Assembly (NCBI GenBank): GCA_017881185.1
Contig: JADGRE010000002.1
Coordinates: 9,158-73,157 of the forward strand
Length of the DNA: 64,000 nucleotides
Direction: 5' to 3'
DNA from: Pseudomonadota bacterium
GTDB taxonomy: Bacteria > Myxococcota_A > Polyangia > Polyangiales > JAFGIB01
This document shows, piece after piece, positions 48,889 to 57,977 of the stretch. Position numbers and translations under genes: made by a program. Positions within the stretch are counted from its first letter, which is position 1, and each line of letters opens with the position of its first letter. The notes beneath the pieces were generated by a model that saw nothing but the letters and a program-made list of their open reading frames with translations, had not been told where the DNA came from and did not search any database.

Positions 48889-51222
48889 ATGTTGAGAGCA
48901 CTCGTGATTCGCATCCGCCAGCGCTGCGCCACCCTCGTTTGGCTTGCCGCCTTTTGGGCGTTGGCGAGCCAAGCGCACGCGCAAACCCTGCAGGCCCCCA
49001 TCGGTGGCCAGCCGATTCCGCTGGGCGGGGGCGTGGTGGCCTGTGGTCCGGTCGACGGTTGGAGCATCGAGGCGGGCGGCCATGCGCTACGGCCACCGAG
49101 CTCGCACGACGCCATCGGCCGCGCGTTCGAGCTGCGCGTCGCGCCCAGCGCCGAAGCCTGCGCGACCAGCGGCGCGACGCTCACGGTGCTGGCCACCGAC
49201 AGCTGGCCCCAGCTCGACGCGGCCTCGGTGGTGTGGAGTCCGGACGACGGCCGCCTCGATCTCAAAGGCCACAACCTGGCGGGGGTGAGCGTGACGTGGC
49301 GCGGTGCAACGCAGGCGGGCAGCGACGTGTGTCGTGATCCGAAGCTCGAAGGCGGCTCCGAGCGCTGCGGCTTCGCTGTGGGCGCGGGGGCGCAAGCCGT
49401 GGCCTTGGTGGCCACCAGCTTCAGCTGGTGGCCCGCAGGGGCGCGCACGAGCGCCGACGTGACGAGCTTCGACAGCGACGGGCGCCGTGTCGGCAGCGAC
49501 GCGTTCAGTCTCGTTCCGGCGCGCATCGTGTTGCGGCGCCTGCTACCTCTCGACGCGAGCCTCGATCTGTCTGCCGGCCAGGGCGAGGCGCCGCTGATCC
49601 ATCCGGAGGCCATTGCCTCGGCAGAGTGCAGCGCCCCGCTGCAGTGCGAGATGGCTGCCGGCAAGCTCATCGTGCGCGGCGCAGCCAGCCTCGCGAGCAC
49701 GATCGAGCTCAAGCTGCGCCTGCGTCCGCACGTTTGGCTGGCTGTGAAGGATGGGCTCGACGCGCAGCCGAGCGTGAAGCTGCCGGTGCTCTACTGCCCG
49801 ATGACGGTGGTTTCCGGTGCCCCGCTGCGCAACAACGCCGACGCGGCGGTCATCGTTCGACTCGATGGCGCCTGCGCGCGCGATCTCTCGGGTGTGCAGT
49901 TCACCACGGACCACTCCGTGCTCAAGGTGTTGCAGACGCTCCATACCCAAGACTCCGCCTACGCCGTGCTGCGTCTGGGTAGCGTGTCGGATGACGACCT
50001 CAGCATCACCGCGCTGCGCGGCCAGTCGAACGCCGTGGCGCTGGCGATCGCGCACACCCCCACGCGCAGCGCACCCCACCTGCGCGCTTCGCTCGAGCTT
50101 CCGGGCTTCCCGAACCTGGACTTCGTGCCGAACAATCGCCCGGCCGTGGTGCATGTCTCCGCCTTGCCGGCGCCGGAGCGCTTGCAGCTCTTGCCCAGCG
50201 AAGGCGTGTACGAAGTGGCGGGCGAGGGCACCACCGTGACGATACGCGGCGATCCGAACGCCGCCGGCCTGACCGATCTGCGCTTCGGCGTGCGTAACAC
50301 GGCCTTGCCGGATGGCTTGTCTGCGATCGACCTCGCCGTGCTCACCGACACGCTGCAGCGGCCCATCCACGAGGCCAACATCCCTGCGCCGATCGGTGCC
50401 AGTGTGCACGACGGCCACGCGCTCATCGAGCTGCAGTGCGGCGGTGGCGCCGTGCCCCTGCAGACCGTGCGCATCGGCGTGACGGCCCACTTGCCGTACG
50501 GCCTGCGCGACACCTGCCGCATGATCTTCCACCGCGAGCGCTTGTCGCCAGAGTATGGCAGTCAGAAGCTAATCTTCGAGGTCGACGTCATCAAGCCCGA
50601 CGGTGGCACGCGTAGCGATGCGCACGTCTCCGAAGTGTTCACCTTTCGCGCCGGTCACGAGCCGCGCTACGCGTACATTCACGGGGTGACCGACCCGTTC
50701 GACCGCGTGGTCGTGCGCGTGTCCCATGAAGCCGACGAAGCACACTACATCGGCGCCTCCGAGCTCAAGACCGGCTCGCCAGCGGCACAGTGGTCGGCGG
50801 TGCTCGGCAACGCTAGGGCGCGCTTGTATGGCACCACGACCATACCCACCGGCCTGTATCGCTTCAGCACCCACGAGTACAGCGGCGCGCTCGCGCTCAA
50901 CTTCGGCGTAATCTCGCGGCTCACCTGGCTCGACGCCGAAGGCCACGAAGGCTTCCTCGGCGCTGAGGGCGGCGTGCTCGTGATGGGTCTGGCCAACTCC
51001 ACCAGCACCACGGGCAAGTCGCTTACGCAGGTGGGCGGCGTGGTGGGCCTGGGCGTCAGCGTGCCCATCGCCAACCGTTCTTCACTCACGCAGGCATCCA
51101 TCAGCCTGCACCTCTGGTTCGAGTCCGACATCACGCGCGACCCCGGCGCCAGCTCGCGCGGCCGCTATGCGATGATCTTCGGGCCGAGTATCTCCATCGG
51201 TAACGTCGGCACGAATCTGTGA
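48889..51222 (+). CDS. Large secreted hypothetical protein (777 aa)
   Basis: Signal peptide LVWLAAFWALASQAHAQ. Beta-rich composition, and a C-terminal Gly/Ser/Val-rich alternating segment. No family recognised. Confidence 0.65.
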   Translation: MLRALVIRIRQRCATLVWLAAFWALASQAHAQTLQAPIGGQPIPLGGGVVACGPVDGWSIEAGGHALRPPSSHDAIGRAFELRVAPSAEACATSGATLTVLATDSWPQLDAASVVWSPDDGRLDLKGHNLAGVSVTWRGATQAGSDVCRDPKLEGGSERCGFAVGAGAQAVALVATSFSWWPAGARTSADVTSFDSDGRRVGSDAFSLVPARIVLRRLLPLDASLDLSAGQGEAPLIHPEAIASAECSAPLQCEMAAGKLIVRGAASLASTIELKLRLRPHVWLAVKDGLDAQPSVKLPVLYCPMTVVSGAPLRNNADAAVIVRLDGACARDLSGVQFTTDHSVLKVLQTLHTQDSAYAVLRLGSVSDDDLSITALRGQSNAVALAIAHTPTRSAPHLRASLELPGFPNLDFVPNNRPAVVHVSALPAPERLQLLPSEGVYEVAGEGTTVTIRGDPNAAGLTDLRFGVRNTALPDGLSAIDLAVLTDTLQRPIHEANIPAPIGASVHDGHALIELQCGGGAVPLQTVRIGVTAHLPYGLRDTCRMIFHRERLSPEYGSQKLIFEVDVIKPDGGTRSDAHVSEVFTFRAGHEPRYAYIHGVTDPFDRVVVRVSHEADEAHYIGASELKTGSPAAQWSAVLGNARARLYGTTTIPTGLYRFSTHEYSGALALNFGVISRLTWLDAEGHEGFLGAEGGVLVMGLANSTSTTGKSLTQVGGVVGLGVSVPIANRSSLTQASISLHLWFESDITRDPGASSRGRYAMIFGPSISIGNVGTNL

Positions 51223-51292
51223 GCCGCTCTACGCCGCCCGCGGTACGCATTGCGAGGTTGACAGCGGTCTGGAGCTTGGCTGTGATGCACGC

Positions 51293-53188
51293 ATGCCAAG
51301 CGCACGCCTGTGGGTTCCGGTCGGCTCGCTGCTTCTACTGCTGCAGGCGCGCACGGCGTTGGCCGACGTGAACGTGAGCATTGACCCCAGCGCCGATGCG
51401 CATCTCATCTCGCCGCTCATCTACGGCGTGAATTTCGCCGACGCTGCACAGTCCGACGCCGGCAAGCTCACGGTCAGTCGGCGCGGCGGCAACAGTACGA
51501 CGCGCTACAACTACGAGATCGACGTCCACAACACCGGCAGCGACTGGTACTTCGAGAACATCTCCGATTGCACCGGCACCTGTCCGCCCGCCGACGCCAA
51601 GGAGAGCAGCTCGGCGAACGCATTCTTGATGGATGCCAAGAGCCGCGGCATGACCGCGCTCTTCACCATTCCGACGATCGGCTACACGCCCAAGGCACCA
51701 CCCAAGTACAGCCACCCGTACGATTGCGGCTGTCCGGCGACCGTCACGCCACAACAACACAGCTTCGACCAGTGGGACAGCAACTGTGGCGACGGCAAGC
51801 CGCCTTCTGGCAACGGCTGGATCACCTGCGCGTCGCCCAGTGCGACCAGCACGCCGGTCGATCCGGCGTGGGCGAAGACCTGGGTGAGCTACCTCGTGAC
51901 CAAGTTCGGCGCCTCCGCGGGCAAGCGCATCTACTCGCTCGACAACGAGCCCGCGCTGTGGAGCTCCACGCACCACGATCTACGTCCGGGTCGCCTTGGC
52001 TACGACGAGCTGTGGCAGCGCATGCGCGACTACGCCGTGGTCATCTTGCAGGCCGATCCGACGGCGCAGGTGTCGGGACCCGCGGAATGGGGCTGGCCCA
52101 ACTACCTGTGCTCCGACCTCGACGACGTCTCCAAGGGTTGCAGCGATCAATCACCCGATCGCAAAGCCCATGGCGGCGAAGAGCTCGTGGCGTGGTTGCT
52201 CGATCAAGCCAAGGCTTACGAGCAAGCCCACGGCCAGCGCATCTTGCATTTCCTCGACCTGCACTACTATCCGCAAGGCGGCAACGTTCCAGACAACACG
52301 CGCTCACTCTGGGACAAGAGCTACCCCGACCCCTCGTGGATCAACGACAAGATCTATCTCTTGCCGCGCATGCGCGCTTGGGTCGATCAACACTACCCGG
52401 GCACCAAGCTCTCCATCAGCGAGTTCGACTTCGGCGAGCACGACAGCGCGCTCGGTGCCGTCACCTACGCCGACTTGCTCGGCATCTTCGGTCGCGAGGG
52501 GCTCGACATGGCCACGGCGTGGGGCGCGCCTGCAGCCACCGAGAAGGCGTTCTCGGCGTACCGGCTGTACCGCAACTTCGACGGCAAAGGCGCCCACTTC
52601 GAGAGCGTGGGTGTGAAGACCACGGTCACGGGCAGCGGCGTGCAAGCGTTCGCGGCCGTCAGCAAGACCCGCGTCACCGCGGTGCTCGTCAACGAGATGG
52701 GCAGTGCGCAGAAGGTGCAAGTCAGCTTCGGCAATTTCATGCCGGGCACCAGCGGCCAGGTGTTCACGAACAATGGCGGCGCGATGATCGTGAAGCAGGC
52801 CGACGTCACCTTGAGTGCAGGCATGGCGAGTGTCGCGTTGCCAGCGACCTCCATCACGATGTTGGTGGTCGACGGTACCAACCCGAACAAGCTGCCAGTA
52901 GCGCCGCCCTCAGGCAGTGGCACGGACGCGGGCGTCACTCCCGGGACAGGGGTGGATGCAGGTGCTCCTGCCGTCACGCTGGACGCGAGCCTCTCGCAGA
53001 ATGTCGATGCTGGCGGCGGTAGCGGTACCAGTGCCGACGGTGGACTGAGCCCCGCTGCACATCGCAATGCCGGCTGCGGCTGCGAAATGGTGTCGAGCCA
53101 GCGCGATCGCGGGCTGTTCGCAAGCGGGGCGCTCTTGTTCGGTTTGGCGCTCGTGCGCCGGGCTGCGCGACGCCGCGCTCGGACATAG
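51293..53188 (+). CDS. Glycoside hydrolase family 44-like endoglucanase/xyloglucanase with MYXO-CTERM-type tail
   Basis: Signal peptide. Motifs RRGGNSTTRYNY, YSLDNEPALW, PAEWGW, SISEFDFG. C-terminal NAGCGCEMV...LLFGLALVRRAARRRART (53054-53185). Confidence 0.75.
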   Translation: MPSARLWVPVGSLLLLLQARTALADVNVSIDPSADAHLISPLIYGVNFADAAQSDAGKLTVSRRGGNSTTRYNYEIDVHNTGSDWYFENISDCTGTCPPADAKESSSANAFLMDAKSRGMTALFTIPTIGYTPKAPPKYSHPYDCGCPATVTPQQHSFDQWDSNCGDGKPPSGNGWITCASPSATSTPVDPAWAKTWVSYLVTKFGASAGKRIYSLDNEPALWSSTHHDLRPGRLGYDELWQRMRDYAVVILQADPTAQVSGPAEWGWPNYLCSDLDDVSKGCSDQSPDRKAHGGEELVAWLLDQAKAYEQAHGQRILHFLDLHYYPQGGNVPDNTRSLWDKSYPDPSWINDKIYLLPRMRAWVDQHYPGTKLSISEFDFGEHDSALGAVTYADLLGIFGREGLDMATAWGAPAATEKAFSAYRLYRNFDGKGAHFESVGVKTTVTGSGVQAFAAVSKTRVTAVLVNEMGSAQKVQVSFGNFMPGTSGQVFTNNGGAMIVKQADVTLSAGMASVALPATSITMLVVDGTNPNKLPVAPPSGSGTDAGVTPGTGVDAGAPAVTLDASLSQNVDAGGGSGTSADGGLSPAAHRNAGCGCEMVSSQRDRGLFASGALLFGLALVRRAARRRART

Positions 53189-53339
53189 CACCGACTTGAA
53201 CAGCGAGGCCGGGGACACGCAGCCCAGTGGCTCGCAACGACGCGGAGGCGGCGCCGAATCGCGCGGCGCGCGCCAGTAGCCGAGCGCCGCGTCCTCGGCC
53301 CTGGACGCCTGCACGTTTCGCTGCCAGGCTCCTCCGACG

Positions 53340-54533
53340 ATGCTCGCGCGACTCGGTGATCGCAGCTTGTTCAGTTCGCTCGCGCCTGCGGTGTATGCGA
53401 ATCACGCGGGCATCGCGCCCCCTTCGGATCCGGTGCGTGCCGCCGTCACCACGCTCACCAGTGAGCTCGGCAAGCAGGGCTCGCTCGGGTTCGGCGCCTG
53501 CATCGAGCAGCGCGAGCGCTTGCGCGCCAAGCTCGCGACGCTGCTCGGCGCGCAGGCACAAGAGATCGCGCTCGTGCCCAACACCATGTACGGGCTGTCG
53601 ACGGTGGCGCTGAGCCTGCCGTGGTTGCGCGGTGACCGCATCATCGCGTTCAGCGGAGAGTACCCGACCAACGTTGCGCCGTTTGCGCGCGCCGCGGAGC
53701 TGTTCGGATTGCAGTTGGTGATGCTGCCGGTGTCCGACTTCGCAGCCGACGGCGGCCCAGACTTCTCGCGCCTGGCAGAAGAGTTAGCCCGCGGTGGCGT
53801 GCGGCTGTGCTGCGTGAGCGCCGTGCAATTCCAGACGGGCTTGCGCATGCCGCTGCAAGAGATCGCTGCGCTGTGCCATGCGCACGGCGCCGAGCTGGTG
53901 GTGGATGCGGTGCAAGCGGCAGGCGCCGTGCCGCTCGACGTTGCAGCGTTGGACATCGACTACCTCGTGGCAGGCGCACACAAGTGGCTGATGGGCCTCG
54001 ACGGCGCTGGCGTGCTCTACGTGCGCCAAGCCTGTCTGTCGCAGCTACGGCCGGCCATCGCGGGTTGCATGAGCTACGTCGACGCCACGGACATGTTGCT
54101 GACAGGTGGCGGCAAGCTGCGCTACGACCGCGCGCTGCGCTCTGACGCCAAGCTCTTCGAGGGCGGCATGCTCAGCAGCGTGAGCTGCGCGGCGCTCGAG
54201 GCCTCGCTCGAGCTGATCCTGAGTCTCGGCGTCGACGCCATCCACCGGCACGTCAACGCCTACCACGATCTGCTCGATCCCCAGCTCGTGCAGCGTGGCT
54301 TCAGCTCGCTGCGCACTGCCGACGCGGCGCGGCGCTCCTGCACGCTCTCGTTGCAACCGCCCGAAGCTTGGCCTGCACCGCGGCTGGCCAGCGCGCTCGG
54401 TCAGCGTGGTGTGGTGTGCTCGTGTCCCGACGGGCTCTTGCGCTTTTCGCCGCACTGGCCCAACGCGCACGCGGAAGTGGCGCGCATCACGCAGGTGGTC
54501 GACGACGTGATCGCCGAGCTGCTTACGGCTTGA
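53340..54533 (+). CDS. Class V aminotransferase / cysteine desulfurase-like PLP enzyme
   Basis: LVVDAVQAAGAVPLDV ... AGAHKWLMG (PLP Lys context). Confidence 0.75.
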   Translation: MLARLGDRSLFSSLAPAVYANHAGIAPPSDPVRAAVTTLTSELGKQGSLGFGACIEQRERLRAKLATLLGAQAQEIALVPNTMYGLSTVALSLPWLRGDRIIAFSGEYPTNVAPFARAAELFGLQLVMLPVSDFAADGGPDFSRLAEELARGGVRLCCVSAVQFQTGLRMPLQEIAALCHAHGAELVVDAVQAAGAVPLDVAALDIDYLVAGAHKWLMGLDGAGVLYVRQACLSQLRPAIAGCMSYVDATDMLLTGGGKLRYDRALRSDAKLFEGGMLSSVSCAALEASLELILSLGVDAIHRHVNAYHDLLDPQLVQRGFSSLRTADAARRSCTLSLQPPEAWPAPRLASALGQRGVVCSCPDGLLRFSPHWPNAHAEVARITQVVDDVIAELLTA

Positions 54534-55497
54534 GGTCGATCACCGCGGCGCGGCGCAGCTCGGCCAGGAACAGGTCCTGCTGCTTGGCCATCTGCTTGTC
54601 GAGCAGCTCGCGGTAGATGGTCTCTTTCGCCTGGGCGAACGGCGGCACGCTGATGCCGCCAGCCTGGCGCTCGCGCAACCAGAACACGTGCACGCCGGAA
54701 GGACCGCGCACCGGCTCGCTGATCTGACCGGGCTCGAGCGCCAGCAGTGCATTCTCGAGATCTTCGGGCAGGTCGCCTTGATCGAGCCAGCCGAGATCTC
54801 CGCCGCCGTGCGCGTTCATGACGGCCTCGAAGGTCTCGGGCGACAGGCCCTTCTTCAGCTCTTGCGCGCTCTTCATGGCCTTGACCACTTCCGTGGCCGA
54901 AGCCGTCGCGGCCAGCGGCAGGAACAGGTGCTCGGCGTGGAAGCGCTGGCGGCGTCGCGCCGAGCGCACGCGGTCGTCGTACTCGTCTTTGACGGTGTCT
55001 TCGCTGATGTTGACGCGGCTGCGCACGCGCTGGTTGGTGACCTTCAGGCGCAAGAGCTGCTTGCGCACGTCTTCGCGGTACTGCTTCTCGGTGAAGCCCT
55101 GGCCTTTGACGGCTTCCCAGAACTGCTCGGTGCTGAGCGTGTTCTGGTTGCGCACGTTCTCGATGGCTTGGTCGACGTCGACGCTCGAGACGTTGATGTT
55201 CATCTTGCGCGCGGTCTGCTGAATGAGCTGCTCGTCGACCAGCTCGCTCAAGAAGTGATCGTAGAGCTTCTTGATGTGCGCCTTGCGCTCGTTGGCATCG
55301 GGGTCCGCGGCGACCTGCTCCAGGAACGGACCGGCACGACGCCGCAGCTCGGACAGAAAGATGGCGTCGTCGTTCACCACGGCGACCACGCGTTCCACGA
55401 TCTCGGCGCTGGCAGCGACTGGGGCAGCGACTGGCAGTGTGCACAGCGCAAGCAAGCACGCACTCACCACGACGCAGCTGGAACGCGACAAGCTCAT
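54523..55497 (-). CDS. SurA-like periplasmic chaperone / parvulin-type PPIase
   Basis: Signal peptide. SurA-N-like helical region (VVAVVNDDAIFLSEL), then a parvulin part with FHAEHLFLP and GGDLGWLDQGDLPEDL. Confidence 0.75.
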   Translation of the reverse strand: MSLSRSSCVVVSACLLALCTLPVAAPVAASAEIVERVVAVVNDDAIFLSELRRRAGPFLEQVAADPDANERKAHIKKLYDHFLSELVDEQLIQQTARKMNINVSSVDVDQAIENVRNQNTLSTEQFWEAVKGQGFTEKQYREDVRKQLLRLKVTNQRVRSRVNISEDTVKDEYDDRVRSARRRQRFHAEHLFLPLAATASATEVVKAMKSAQELKKGLSPETFEAVMNAHGGGDLGWLDQGDLPEDLENALLALEPGQISEPVRGPSGVHVFWLRERQAGGISVPPFAQAKETIYRELLDKQMAKQQDLFLAELRRAAVIDLKP

Positions 55498-56675
55498 TTC
55501 TCGGGCGCCTTGCCGGGCTTGCTGCCACCGGCTTTGTGTTTGTCAGCGGCTTTGTCGCCTGACTTGTCGCCCGCTTTGTCGCGCGCCTTGTCGCCGTCGA
55601 CCTCGGACTCGTCGACGGCTTCGTCGTGATCGTGCTCGTGCTTGGCTTCGGCCTTCCCGGCTGGCGTCGGATCGGGCTGCACCTGAACCTTGGCGAGCAA
55701 CTCGGGGCTTTCTTTCACTTCGGCCTTCTTGCGCAGCTCGGCCACGAAATTCTCGATCGCGTCTTCACGCTTCTTGCGCCAGATCCGGTTTTGAATGAGT
55801 CGGCGCGCATCTTCGAGCGTGCGCGTCATGGCCTCGCGCTTGCCGGTGAGCTTGAGCACGTGGAAGGCGTGCTCGGTCTGCAAGATCTCGGGATACACGT
55901 CGCCCACGTTCTTGAGCGTGAATGCGGCCTTGCGCAGCGCGTCGGGCCGCTCTGGGCCACCCACGTCGGTGGCGTCTGCCGTCTCGGAGAAGAAGCGCAG
56001 GTCGCCGAAGTTGTCTTTGGTTTCGGGGTCCTGGTTGTACTGCTCGGCGAGCTTTCGGAAGGCTTGCATGTCTTCCGGATGCTGCTTGGCCAGCTCGAGC
56101 ACCTTGCTCGCGGTCGCCTTGTCCTTGCACTGGATGTGGCTCGCTCGCACCTGCGCCGGCTTCTCGAACTCGGCCTTGTTGCCGTTGTAGTACTGCGTGA
56201 TCTCGAGATCGGTGATGTCCGCCAGCTGCACGCCGTCCTTCTCGAACAGCTCCTGCATCATCTGCTGGACCATCATCTGCTTGCGCACGCGCACGACATC
56301 GCTCTTCTGGTTGTAGCCGCGCTTGTCGGCTTCGCTGGCCAGGAGCTCGAAGCGCACCATGTTGTCGAGGAACTCGCGGCGGCGCTCGGGGCTGTTGTAG
56401 CGCGCACGCAGGTAGGGCGACTGACCGCCCAGGCGGTCGGCGAATTGGCCGAGCGTGATGGTGGTGTCGCCGACCTTGACGAGCGGCTGTGCGGCCTGAG
56501 CCTTGGTGAGGCCGAAGCTGAGCTCTTCCGCAGCCGGCGGCGGCGTGGGCTTGGACCCCAGGTCTTTCTTGTTGCCGCAGCCCGTGCTGGCCAGTAACAG
56601 GGCCAGCAAGAGGGCTTGCACCACGAGCACTCTGGCTAGCCGGCGCAGCACACGCGCTCGCCGATGCCTGACCAT
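55494..56675 (-). CDS. PpiC/PrsA-type parvulin PPIase lipoprotein with charged C-terminal tail
   Basis: Lipobox LLLASTGC. Motifs VRASHIQCK and FGDLRFF. K/D/E/H-rich tail. The stop overlaps the downstream start (ATGA). Confidence 0.75.
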   Translation of the reverse strand: MVRHRRARVLRRLARVLVVQALLLALLLASTGCGNKKDLGSKPTPPPAAEELSFGLTKAQAAQPLVKVGDTTITLGQFADRLGGQSPYLRARYNSPERRREFLDNMVRFELLASEADKRGYNQKSDVVRVRKQMMVQQMMQELFEKDGVQLADITDLEITQYYNGNKAEFEKPAQVRASHIQCKDKATASKVLELAKQHPEDMQAFRKLAEQYNQDPETKDNFGDLRFFSETADATDVGGPERPDALRKAAFTLKNVGDVYPEILQTEHAFHVLKLTGKREAMTRTLEDARRLIQNRIWRKKREDAIENFVAELRKKAEVKESPELLAKVQVQPDPTPAGKAEAKHEHDHDEAVDESEVDGDKARDKAGDKSGDKAADKHKAGGSKPGKAPEK

Positions 56676-56742
56676 AGTTTCAGCTCCCAACATGACGCGG
56701 CTCACGGCTAGCACACTTGGGGCGCGCAGCATATCAGCTTCA

Positions 56743-57138
56743 TCAGAAGCCGTGCTTGGCCAGCACTTTGGTCACGGCGGCGTCGAGCGCGGTCAGCTCG
56801 AAGGGCTTGTCGAGGAAGGCATCGGCGCCGTACAGGGGCGAGGTCATCTCGTTCAGGTGCTCGCCGATGCCGGTGAGCATGATGACGCCGGTCGCCTTGA
56901 GGGCGTCGTCTTCGCGGATGGCCTTGCAGATTTCCCAGCCGCTCTGGCCGGGCATCATGACGTCCAGCACCACCAGGTCCGGGTGGTTGTGGCGGATCAG
57001 CTTCATGGCTTCGTCGCCGTCGCTGGCTTCGAGCAGGTGAACATCGCGACGGCGCAGCAGCGTGCGCACCATCGTGAGGATCTCGAGATCGTCATCGGCG
57101 ATGAGCACCGTCGGTTTTTTTCCGCTCTTCTTGACCAT
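56743..57138 (-). CDS. Single-domain response regulator (CheY-like receiver)
   Basis: VLIADDD, DLVVLDVMMPG (phospho-acceptor Asp), IMLTG, FLDKPF. The ATG at 57138 is preferred over the TTG at 57177. Confidence 0.8.
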   Translation of the reverse strand: MVKKSGKKPTVLIADDDLEILTMVRTLLRRRDVHLLEASDGDEAMKLIRHNHPDLVVLDVMMPGQSGWEICKAIREDDALKATGVIMLTGIGEHLNEMTSPLYGADAFLDKPFELTALDAAVTKVLAKHGF

Positions 57139-57173
57139 GGCGGCGCCGATCCTGTTCTGCCCTCTGCGGACTG

Positions 57174-57977
57174 TCAATCCTGAGCTATCACGCCCACGTC
57201 GCTTCCTTGGAGCCAGCCCTCGGCGCCCCCCGCGACCCGCACGCGCAGGAAGCTGCCGTCGCGCCGCAGGACTCGGGCGCTCTGGCCTTCGTGTGCATGG
57301 CCGCGGCTGCGGGCGCGTGGGTCGGGGCCTTCGCGCAGCTCCGCGTTCTCGCGCAGCACCACGGCGGCCTGGCCTTCGTCGAAGATGCCGCGCTTGACCG
57401 CCAACGCGCCGGCGGCGCTGCCCAGGCCCAGCAGGGTGGTGGCCGCGAGCATGGCGATACCGGCGCGCAGGCTGTCGCCGCGCAGGCGCGGACGCAGCAA
57501 GAGCAGCCCGAAGAATAGCAGGTTCAGCGCCAGCACCCAGCCCGCCAGGGTGTCTTCTCGGTAAGGGGCGACCAGTGCCTGTAGCAGCGGTGGCCGTGTC
57601 TCAATGGTGGCTTCACCCTGGGCCTGAGCCCGGCGCTTGCCTAACGCAGAGCGCGCCATGCCGAGCGCAGTGGCAATCTCGGTGTCCTGCGGTGCGAGCA
57701 GCTGCGCGCGCTCGAAGCAGAGGATTGCGCGGCCCAGCGCACCCAGGCGCGCTTGGGCGGTGCCCAGGTTGAAGTACAGGTCGGCGTCGTGAACGCCGGC
57801 ATCGACCAGCTCCTGGTAGCGTGCCGCGGCGCTGGCGTAGTCGCCCTGGAAGTAGGCCGAGTTGCCGGCGGCGAACAGGCTCTCGAGGCTACTGGCAGCG
57901 GTTGCATGCGCAGCGACGCCGACGCATGAGAGCAGCGCCAAGGATACAACAATGCGTTGCATGGAGGGCCAGCTCAT
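57174..57977 (-). CDS. batE: BatE-like TPR + SH3b protein
   Basis: Signal peptide, TPR (YFQGDYASAAARYQELV), TM helices, and a C-terminal SH3-like AVVLRENAELREGPD...VLRRDGSFLRVRV...GWL. ATGA overlap with batD. Confidence 0.65.
   Translation of the reverse strand: MSWPSMQRIVVSLALLSCVGVAAHATAASSLESLFAAGNSAYFQGDYASAAARYQELVDAGVHDADLYFNLGTAQARLGALGRAILCFERAQLLAPQDTEIATALGMARSALGKRRAQAQGEATIETRPPLLQALVAPYREDTLAGWVLALNLLFFGLLLLRPRLRGDSLRAGIAMLAATTLLGLGSAAGALAVKRGIFDEGQAAVVLRENAELREGPDPRARSRGHAHEGQSARVLRRDGSFLRVRVAGGAEGWLQGSDVGVIAQD

Noticed and set aside
51116-51126. GGTTCGAGTCC, resembling a tRNA T-arm/T-loop.
   Set aside because: The flanking bases cannot form a 5-bp T stem or an acceptor stem, and the string lies in frame inside a CDS (LWFESD). 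No tRNA was found anywhere in the window.
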